Shown: positions 56,953 to 64,000 of the stretch, piece after piece
Position numbering within the stretch: position 1 is the stretch's first letter
How the letters are laid out: the number at the start of each line of letters is the position of its first letter
NCBI GenBank assembly: GCA_963739455.1
Contig: CAVUAK010000001.1
Coordinates: 1,280,001-1,344,000, forward strand
DNA: 64,000 nucleotides
Direction: 5' to 3'
DNA from: an uncultured Gemmatimonadales bacterium
Lineage (GTDB): Bacteria; Gemmatimonadota; Gemmatimonadetes; Gemmatimonadales; GWC2-71-9
Position numbers and translations under genes: made by a program
The notes under the pieces: model-generated
Databases searched by the model: none
Seen by the model: only the letters and a program-made list of their open reading frames with translations
Told to the model about the DNA's origin: nothing

Positions 56953-58899
56953 ATGCGATCTGTCGCCCTGTTGCTGCTCGCCGCGCTGCCGCTTGCCGCC
57001 CGCCCGCTTTCCGCCCAACAGGAACCACCCCGCGCCATCCGGCGCACCGTCCCGATAACCCGGACCTTCGAGACGGGGCTCAAGGCGGGTACCCGGGACT
57101 CGACCGGCCGGCCGGGCGCCCGGTACTGGCAGTTCGGCACCGACTACAAGATCGACGCGCGGCTGGACCAGCTCACCGGCCGGATCACCGGGCGCGAGGT
57201 GGTGACCATCCGCAACCCAAGCGACTCGGCGATCAAGCAGCTGGTCATTCGCCTCTACCAGAACCGGTTCGACCCGATGAGCCCCCGGAGCCGGGTGCCC
57301 CCTTCGGTGACGAGCGGACAGACGCTCTACAAGGTGGTGGTCGATGGCGTTGACATCGACACGAAGTCACCGGCGGCAGTGTGGTCCACCGGCACGCTGG
57401 TGACGATCCCGCTCGCGAAGCCCATAGCCGCCGGGGGCACATCCACCGTCGAGATCGAATGGGCCGGTGACATCCCCGATATCCCCATCGGTCGCGGCGC
57501 GGCGCGCGGTGGCCGTCGCGGCCTGCGTGTCTTCCAGCTGGCGCAGTGGTATCCGCAGGTGTCCAAGTACGACGACCTGCGCGGATGGGACCGCGAGCCG
57601 CACCTGGGCGGGAGCGAGTTCTACAACAACTATGGCCGCTTCGAGGTGAACATCGACGTGCCGTCAGGCTACCTCGTCGGTGCCACCGGCACGTTGCAGA
57701 ACCCCGACGAGGTGCTGACGGCCACGGCGCGCGAGCGGCTGTCGCATGCACTTGAGAGCGACAGCCAGCGGGTGATCGTGGGTCCCGATGAGCGTGGTGC
57801 AGGGAAGGCGACGGCCGCCGGCAACCGGCTGGTGTGGAAGTTCACCGCCGACACGGTGAACGACTTTGCCTGGGCCACCTCCGCGGAGTACCGGTGGGAT
57901 GCGACGCGCGCCACGATCCCGGGGCGCGGGGCAATTCCCATCAATGTGTTCTACCTGCCGGAGGACACGCTCTACCTCAAGACCGGCGCGATGGCCCGGC
58001 ATGCGCTCGAGTACTACAGCACGCTCTGGTTCCCGTACACCTGGCCGCAGTTCACCCAGGTGGATGGCCCCGAGAACGGGATGGAGTACCCGATGCTCAC
58101 GATGAGCGGACCGGGCTTTGGCGTCACTGACCACGAGATCGGGCACCAGTGGTGGCCGATGATGGTGGGCGTGAACGAGACCTGGTACGGCTGGATGGAC
58201 GAGGGATTCAACCAGTACATGAACATCCTGTCCGAGGATGCCTGGAACAACAAGCCGTCGCTGCTCGACAGCCTTGGCGGCCAGTTCGGCCAGACGTCGG
58301 GGATGGAAGCCCAGGCCCCGATGATGTGGAACAACAACTACGGCGGCCCCTTCACCGGCTATGTCACCTACTCCAAGGCGCCGATGATGCTGTCGATGCT
58401 TGGTGCCATCGTGGGCGACAGCGCGGTCCAGCGGGCGATGAATGCGTACGCGAAGACGTGGCGCTTCAAGCACCCGTCGCCGTGGGACTTCATGTTCGCG
58501 ATGAACCGGGAGCTCAAGCAGAACCTGGACTGGTTCTGGTACTACTGGCTGTTCACCACCGAAGCGGTGGACCAGTCGATCGCAAAGGCCAGCATCTCAG
58601 GTGGCAGGGCGCAGGTGACGGTGCGGCAGGCAGGCGAGATGCCGTCACCAGTGGTGCTCAGGGTCGAGTTCGCCGAGAGTGGCCCCGCGCCAAGCAAGAT
58701 GAAGAATGCGGTGATCAACGGACGGACGGCGACGGTGACGTGGCCCGTGGATGTCTGGTTCAGCGGGAGCAGGACGTTCGTGGCGAACCTGGACTTCGGT
58801 GGGGCCAGGATCGAGAAGATCGTGCTCGACCCGGGTCAGCGGTTCCCGGACCGGGACTTCAGCGACAACGTGTGGCCGAGGGCTGCTGCGACGAAGTAG
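56953..58899 (+). CDS. M1 family metalloaminopeptidase, exported
   Basis: GMEYP, HEIGH-x18-E (WMDEG), YSK, W.FKHP.PWDF. Confidence 0.92.
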   Translation: MRSVALLLLAALPLAARPLSAQQEPPRAIRRTVPITRTFETGLKAGTRDSTGRPGARYWQFGTDYKIDARLDQLTGRITGREVVTIRNPSDSAIKQLVIRLYQNRFDPMSPRSRVPPSVTSGQTLYKVVVDGVDIDTKSPAAVWSTGTLVTIPLAKPIAAGGTSTVEIEWAGDIPDIPIGRGAARGGRRGLRVFQLAQWYPQVSKYDDLRGWDREPHLGGSEFYNNYGRFEVNIDVPSGYLVGATGTLQNPDEVLTATARERLSHALESDSQRVIVGPDERGAGKATAAGNRLVWKFTADTVNDFAWATSAEYRWDATRATIPGRGAIPINVFYLPEDTLYLKTGAMARHALEYYSTLWFPYTWPQFTQVDGPENGMEYPMLTMSGPGFGVTDHEIGHQWWPMMVGVNETWYGWMDEGFNQYMNILSEDAWNNKPSLLDSLGGQFGQTSGMEAQAPMMWNNNYGGPFTGYVTYSKAPMMLSMLGAIVGDSAVQRAMNAYAKTWRFKHPSPWDFMFAMNRELKQNLDWFWYYWLFTTEAVDQSIAKASISGGRAQVTVRQAGEMPSPVVLRVEFAESGPAPSKMKNAVINGRTATVTWPVDVWFSGSRTFVANLDFGGARIEKIVLDPGQRFPDRDFSDNVWPRAAATK

Positions 58900-58911
58900 C
58901 GGCAGCCGGGC

Positions 58912-59436
58912 TCAGGGGATCTGGCTGATCTGTGCCGCGTTGAAGGTGCCGGTGACGACGATCTGCACCGGCGTGGGGTCGCAGCAGGGACTGGTACGCA
59001 CGGCACGCAACTCGAAGTTGCCGGCTACCCCGTTGTAGGCGCTGCGGGTGAGGGTGATGGTGCCGCTCCGGGTGGCGTACTCTTCCAGGGCGCCACCCAC
59101 CACGAGGCCCACCGTGCCGCCGAAGACGGTGTCCTTGCCGGCGGGGAAGGTGGGCGACTCAATGTCGTAGGTGCCGGCGAGCGGTCGGGGCGTGCTGGTT
59201 GATGCCAGGAAGATGCGCGCGGCACCTCCCTCTCCCAGGATCAATGCCAGGCCGGCCGCGTTCGAGCCGTCATCGACGGTCACACCGAACACCGCTTCAC
59301 CGGCAACGCTTGCGGTGTGCGCGCCCGTGATGTCCCCGGCGAAGGTGGAGGTGCCTGGCTCGTTCCCGGTGTCGTCACCGCAGGCCATGAGAAGGAGGCT
59401 TGCCGCGGCAACGGTCCGCATCGTCGTGCGCATCAT
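58912..59436 (-). CDS. Hypothetical lipoprotein
   Basis: Lipobox LMAC; beta-rich body (SGTITLT, GNF, GTFNA). Confidence 0.65.
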   Translation of the reverse strand: MMRTTMRTVAAASLLLMACGDDTGNEPGTSTFAGDITGAHTASVAGEAVFGVTVDDGSNAAGLALILGEGGAARIFLASTSTPRPLAGTYDIESPTFPAGKDTVFGGTVGLVVGGALEEYATRSGTITLTRSAYNGVAGNFELRAVRTSPCCDPTPVQIVVTGTFNAAQISQIP

Positions 59437-59458
59437 CCCCGAGAGTTCCCCTGCGAAG

Positions 59459-61189
59459 CTAGTCGTTGACCACGTCGTAGTCGGTGACCTGACCATCGGC
59501 GGTAAGGTACACCAGCGCGAAGGCACCGGCTTTCGAATCGTTGAGCCGGTAGCATAGCACCGTTGTCACCTGACCTCCATGGCGCTCGATGCCCCGCCCG
59601 GTGACATCCTCCGCCAGGATGTAGCTGATGCTGGAGAACCCCTTCAACACATCCTGCGACCGGCCGGCGAAATCGGCCTTTGCCGAGGCGGTGATGCTGG
59701 GCGACTCGTTCAATGCCGGGCCGCCCTCGCCCAGGGCGCGAAGGGCCGCCTCGGCCTTCAACGTGCGCGCCGGATCGGGGTCGCGCTGGGGCTTTGCGTC
59801 CCGGAGCAGTGGGCTCACCCGCGGTGCAGTGACATCCTTGCCATTGATAGGCCGCGAGAAGCCCACAATGTTACCCGCGGCGTCGCGCATGAACGTGAAG
59901 CGGCGCGACTGGTCGTCGCTGGTGACCTGCCACTCGCCGGTCGGCAGGAAAACCCGGTCGGGCAGACCATCGGTCATCGAGACGAGCTTGTCGCCCTGCG
60001 GTACCAGCGTCGCCAGCTGGTTGTTCGCCACCTCATAGCGACCACCGAAGGAGGCGATCCGCGCCAGGGGAATGCGGACCGGCGTCAACGCGAACTGCGG
60101 CGCGCTGCCGGGCCAGCCATACTCGCGCGCCACGAACTCGTAGATGCGACGCATCATCCCGGAGTTGTCATTCGCGTTGATCATGATCGCGATGCCCTGG
60201 CCGGTCTCGGCGAAGCCGCCCATGTAGGCGTCGAAGCCGTCGTCACGCCCGCCATGGAAGAAGAGGACCTTGCCACTGCTCGCATCGAGGAAGACGCCGA
60301 GCCCGTCCTCGCCCTTCACTTCGGTGAGCATCTGTCGCGTCATCGCCTGGGAGATGACGGGGTTGGCGGTGCCGGCGTACGACTGCTGGATGGCGATGAT
60401 GAAGCGACCAAGGTCGGTCGCGGTGGTCCAGAGCCCGGCGGCGGCCATCTCGGGATACAGATGGAAGCGTCCCGGCACGGGGGTGCCGGGGGCATACTGC
60501 CCGGCAGCAACAAAGGGGAGCATCGCCGTCGACGGTGGCTGCTGGAAGCTGCTCTGCGTCATGCCGAACGGGGTGATGACGTTTGTCGCCATCCACTGGT
60601 CGAATGGCACGCCGGTCACGTCGTTCATCATGAGCTGCATGACGGTGTAGCCGCCGCCGGAGTAGCGCCAGATCGTGCCGGGGGTGGTATCAACTCGCAC
60701 CGGTGGACTGTTGGCGGGCGGCGACCCGTCGAGAATCTGGGTGAGCGTCGGCACCGGGGTGCCGACTTCGTATCCGCCGAAGCCGTGCACGGTGAGGCCC
60801 GCGGTGTGGCTCAGGATCCGCTCCAGCGTGACCTTCTCGGTACCGGTGAAGCCGTTGTCGGGCACCTTCCAGGTGGTCAGCTTGTCATTGACGTTGCCGT
60901 CGAGCGACAGGGTGCCGGCCTCGACCAGCTTGAGGGCACCCACCGCCGCGACGCTCTTGCTGATGGACCCGGCCAGGAAGCGGGTGTCGGTCGTGACGCG
61001 GGCCTTTCCGTCGGGGGCGGTGACGCCGTATCCCTTGGCGTAGACGACCTTTCCCTTGTCGACGATGGCGAGGGAGAGGCCGGGGATCTTCCGCATCGCC
61101 ATCTGCGCGCGGATGAAGGCATCGAGGCTGTCGGGCGATTGTGTCGGGGCGGCGAGGAGCAGCGCGGACAACAGGATGTTTGGTATCAT
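59459..61189 (-). CDS. Serine hydrolase, beta-lactamase family, exported
   Basis: IPGLSLA, GSISK, LSHTAGL, WRYSGGGY, HGG. Confidence 0.92.
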   Translation of the reverse strand: MIPNILLSALLLAAPTQSPDSLDAFIRAQMAMRKIPGLSLAIVDKGKVVYAKGYGVTAPDGKARVTTDTRFLAGSISKSVAAVGALKLVEAGTLSLDGNVNDKLTTWKVPDNGFTGTEKVTLERILSHTAGLTVHGFGGYEVGTPVPTLTQILDGSPPANSPPVRVDTTPGTIWRYSGGGYTVMQLMMNDVTGVPFDQWMATNVITPFGMTQSSFQQPPSTAMLPFVAAGQYAPGTPVPGRFHLYPEMAAAGLWTTATDLGRFIIAIQQSYAGTANPVISQAMTRQMLTEVKGEDGLGVFLDASSGKVLFFHGGRDDGFDAYMGGFAETGQGIAIMINANDNSGMMRRIYEFVAREYGWPGSAPQFALTPVRIPLARIASFGGRYEVANNQLATLVPQGDKLVSMTDGLPDRVFLPTGEWQVTSDDQSRRFTFMRDAAGNIVGFSRPINGKDVTAPRVSPLLRDAKPQRDPDPARTLKAEAALRALGEGGPALNESPSITASAKADFAGRSQDVLKGFSSISYILAEDVTGRGIERHGGQVTTVLCYRLNDSKAGAFALVYLTADGQVTDYDVVND

Positions 61190-61243
61190 GGGACGTTAAG
61201 ACGGTGCTGGATCGGGAAAGGTTGCAGGGTGATACGGTTGAAG

Positions 61244-61279
61244 GGCGGGGAGGGCGGGGAAGGCGGGGAAGGCGGGGAG
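61244..61279 (+). repeat. 4 x GGCGGGGA(G/A) 9-mer tandem repeat, G-quadruplex-capable
   Basis: Read directly; intergenic, 23 nt upstream of ATG 61303. Confidence 0.85.
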
Positions 61280-61302
61280 GAACGCACCAAGAGGAGTTGT
61301 GA

Positions 61303-62955
61303 ATGGCAAACGACGCTGACGTCGCCTTTCCGGTATTGAGCGGTCGGGATCTTACTCGTCTCGTGGCGCGGGGGCATCCCAAGGATATCAAGCCGGGAGA
61401 CGTTCTCTTCGCCCAGGGCGACCGGAACTTCTGCTTCTACGTCATCCTCGAGGGTGCGGTGGAGATCATCGAGCACGCCACCGACACCCCCCACGTCGTC
61501 ACGACTCATCGGGCCGGCCAGTTCACCGGCGACATCGACACGCTGACGGGGCGCGTGGCGCTGGTCACGGCCCGCGTCGTCGAGGGTGGCAAGGTGGCGA
61601 TGCTGAGCACCGGCGAACTCCGGAAGGCGATCGACGAGATGCCGGAGGTTGGTGACATAATCATCAAGGCGTTCCTGACGCGCCGGCGGATGCTGGTGGA
61701 CGCCGGATTCGTGGGCGTCACGATGATCGGCTCGCGCTTCTCGCCCGCAGCGCACCGGTTGCGCGACTTCGCGGTGCGAAACCTGGTGCCGATCCGCTGG
61801 ATGGACCTCGACTCCGACGTGCAGGCCGAGGAGATGCTGCGCACCTTCGGCGTCTCGGCGGCGGACACGCCGATCGTGATTGGCTCCCAGGGCCAGGTTC
61901 ACCGGAACCCGTCGCTGGAGCAGTTCGCCCGATGTGCCGGGCTGGTGGTGACGCTCGACGCCGATCATGTCTACGACCTCGTCGTGGTGGGAGCCGGGCC
62001 CGCAGGCCTTGCCGCCTCGGTGTACGCGGCGTCGGAAGGACTCGACGTGCTGACCGCCGATACCGTGGCCGCCGGCGGACAGGCGGGCACCAGCGCGCGG
62101 ATCGAGAACTACCTCGGATTCCCCACTGGCATCTCGGGCCGGGAACTCACCCAGAACGCGCTGGTCCAGGCGCAGCGGTTCGGCGCCCAGATCACGGTGC
62201 CATGTACCATCCGCTCGCTCGGCATCGATGGTGGCGACCGGGTGGTGACCCTCGCCGACAGCACCCGCATACGCACCCGCTGCGTGCTGGTGGCAAGCGG
62301 CGTGGAATACCGGAAGCTCGACGTGCCGAGGTTCGAGGACTTCGACAGCGCCGGCATCTACTATGCGGCGACCGAGATGGAAGCAAAGATGTGTGGTGGT
62401 GAAGAGGTGATCGTGGTGGGCGCGGGCAACTCGGCGGGCCAGGCGGTGGTGAACCTCGCGCGCCATGCGCGACGGGTGCACCTGGTGGTGCGCGGCGGCG
62501 ACCTCGGCGCCAGCATGTCACGCTACCTGGTGGATCGCATCGAGTCGATGGACAACGTCACCATTCGCCTCAACACCAACGTGACGGGACTCGAGGGTGA
62601 CGGCCACCTCGGCGGGGTGCACATCAAGAGCAAGGACGGCGCCGAAGAGACGATCAAGACCAGCGCGCTGTTCCTGTTCATTGGTGCCGACCCGAATACC
62701 AGCTGGCTCCGCGGCTGCGTGGAACTGGACAAGAAGGGATTCGTGCTGACGGGGATCCAGCTCGCGCCCGACACGGCGCGGCTGGAGCGGTGGACGGCGC
62801 TGGGGCGCGCGCCGTTCCTGCTGGAGACGACGCTGCCGGGGGTGTTCGCGGCGGGCGACGTACGGAGCGGATCGGTGAAGCGAGTGGCGTCAGCGGTGGG
62901 GGATGGGGCGATGGCGGTGAGTTTTGTGCATGCGCATATAGGGGCGAGGGTCTAG
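61303..62955 (+). CDS. cNMP-binding domain fused thioredoxin-reductase-like FAD oxidoreductase
   Basis: N-terminal LF.QGD..FYVI.EG.V cNMP fold; GAGPAG, IENYLGFP, GAGNSAGQA, AGDVRSGS.KRVASAVG.G. Confidence 0.9.
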   Translation: MANDADVAFPVLSGRDLTRLVARGHPKDIKPGDVLFAQGDRNFCFYVILEGAVEIIEHATDTPHVVTTHRAGQFTGDIDTLTGRVALVTARVVEGGKVAMLSTGELRKAIDEMPEVGDIIIKAFLTRRRMLVDAGFVGVTMIGSRFSPAAHRLRDFAVRNLVPIRWMDLDSDVQAEEMLRTFGVSAADTPIVIGSQGQVHRNPSLEQFARCAGLVVTLDADHVYDLVVVGAGPAGLAASVYAASEGLDVLTADTVAAGGQAGTSARIENYLGFPTGISGRELTQNALVQAQRFGAQITVPCTIRSLGIDGGDRVVTLADSTRIRTRCVLVASGVEYRKLDVPRFEDFDSAGIYYAATEMEAKMCGGEEVIVVGAGNSAGQAVVNLARHARRVHLVVRGGDLGASMSRYLVDRIESMDNVTIRLNTNVTGLEGDGHLGGVHIKSKDGAEETIKTSALFLFIGADPNTSWLRGCVELDKKGFVLTGIQLAPDTARLERWTALGRAPFLLETTLPGVFAAGDVRSGSVKRVASAVGDGAMAVSFVHAHIGARV

Positions 62956-63000
62956 GGGAACTGAAACAGCGTGAGGGGGAACTGAAACTGCGTGAGGGGG
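62955..63000 (+). repeat. 21-bp tandem duplication GGGGAACTGAAAC(A/T)GCGTGAG x2
   Basis: Units at 62955-62975 and 62976-62996. Confidence 0.75.
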
Positions 63001-63010
63001 CCTGCTGATC

Positions 63011-63295
63011 ATGGCACTTGAGTGTGAGCACGTAGTTCAAGCCAGGAACGTGAAACCGCACACGCCGAACGGGTGCGAGGAGTGCCTCAAGCTGGGAATG
63101 CGATGGGTGCACCTGCGGCTCTGCCAGGAATGCGGGCACGTCGGCTGCTGCGACAATTCCATCGGGAAGCACGCCACGAAGCACTTTCATGCGACGAAGC
63201 ATGCCATCATGAAGAGCTTCGAGCCGGGAGAGGACTGGAGCTGGTGCTACGTTGATGAACTCTTCATCGAGCCGGCGGTGCGGCCGAAGGCGTAG
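63011..63295 (+). CDS. UBP-type zinc finger protein
   Basis: CEH, CEEC, WVHLRLCQECGHVGCCD, HAT.HF, SFEPGEDWSWCY.D. Confidence 0.92.
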   Translation: MALECEHVVQARNVKPHTPNGCEECLKLGMRWVHLRLCQECGHVGCCDNSIGKHATKHFHATKHAIMKSFEPGEDWSWCYVDELFIEPAVRPKA

Positions 63296-64000
63296 CTACA
63301 CGTCCCTGGCCAGGCGAATGCCGGTGAACTGCCAGCACGCCTCGGGCGGGAAGAAATTGCGATACGACGCCCGGATGTGATCCTGGGGCGTGGCACAGGA
63401 GCCGCCGCGCAGCACGAACTGGTTGGACATGAACTTCCCGTTGTATTCGCCGAGGGCGCCGGGAGCGGCGGCATAGCCGGGATACGGCGAATACTGGCTC
63501 CGGGTCCATTCCCAGACATCGCCCCACATCTGGTGAAAGCGCACACCGGGCGTCCGCCGCCAGGCCACCGGATGAAGCACCTCGATGTCGGCCAGGTTGC
63601 CCTGCACTGGCTCACCGCGCGCCGCCACTTCCCATTCCTGTTCGGTCGGCAGACGGGCTCCCGCCCAGCGCGCGTATGCGTCGGCCTCGAAGTAACTCAC
63701 GTGACATACCGGCTCCGCAGGGTCCACCTCGCGCATGCCACCCAGCGTGTACGTCATCCAGCGGTGGTCGTGCTCCTCCCAGTAGAAGGGTGACGCCCAG
63801 CCGCGGGACTCCACCGCGGCCCACCCCATCGACAGCCAGAGCTCGGGGCGCGCGTAGCCGCCGTCGCCCATGAAGGCGAGAAATTCGGCATTGGTGACAA
63901 GCCGGTCAGCGAGGGCAAACCGATCGAGGAAGTGCCGGTGACGGGGCAGTTCGTTGTCAAAGCAGAATCCGTCGCCCTCGTGCCCGATCTCGTAGAGCCC
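63296..64000 (-). CDS. egtB: Ergothioneine biosynthesis sulfoxide synthase EgtB, C-terminal part (runs off window end)
   Basis: FCFDNELPRH, VTNAEF, GGY.RPELWLS, HVSYFEADAYARW, GALGEYNGKFMSNQ, YRNFF, WQFTGIRLA. Confidence 0.9.
   Translation of the reverse strand, partial: GLYEIGHEGDGFCFDNELPRHRHFLDRFALADRLVTNAEFLAFMGDGGYARPELWLSMGWAAVESRGWASPFYWEEHDHRWMTYTLGGMREVDPAEPVCHVSYFEADAYARWAGARLPTEQEWEVAARGEPVQGNLADIEVLHPVAWRRTPGVRFHQMWGDVWEWTRSQYSPYPGYAAAPGALGEYNGKFMSNQFVLRGGSCATPQDHIRASYRNFFPPEACWQFTGIRLARDV

Noticed and set aside
51249..61189. Beta-lactamase-family genes as antibiotic resistance determinants
   Set aside because: Long serine hydrolases with extra domains are typically esterases or peptidases; no mobile context.
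59579..61339. Long antisense ORFs (e.g. 59579+, 15896+, 7048-, 49681-, 61186-)
   Set aside because: Shadow ORFs expected opposite high-GC3 genes; no motifs.
1..64000. CRISPR array, rRNA, transposase or integrase
   Set aside because: No regularly spaced repeat-spacer series and no recognisable rRNA, transposase or recombinase motifs. The Cas4-like domain has no cas neighbours.

Overview
High-GC bacterial chromosomal window. The gene style (TPR-tailed Ser/Thr kinases, Uma2 nucleases, many lipoproteins, apparent leaderless genes) suggests Gemmatimonadota, which is an inference. About 55 CDS, one tRNA-Gln(CTG), two complete type II TA loci (AbrB/Doc, HicAB) and an orphan BrnA fragment. Many otherwise intact genes carry single-base indels, most likely long-read or assembly errors. 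The main observation is an accessory region at about 27-39 kb built around a PafB/PafC-like tandem WYL regulator pair, with no pafA or proteasome genes in the window. Five intergenic promoters there share YGTCRCA-N9-YANNNT, which has the geometry of the mycobacterial PafBC element TGTCGG-N10-TANNNT; a sixth copy with off-by-one spacing precedes pafB. The predicted targets are a Cas4-like/DUF2779 nuclease, a SauUSI-like PLD-helicase-DUF3427 plus MutT pair, a lipoprotein, an unannotated 50-aa membrane peptide and a vWA protein. Other points: a 1.6-kb TetR+SDR islet flanked by a duplicated tRNA 3' end plus terminator, a Doc toxin with His->Gln in the Fic motif, and two near-identical 4x GGCGGGGA(G/A/T) G-quadruplex-capable repeats. 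All family assignments come from motif recognition by eye; no database searches were run.
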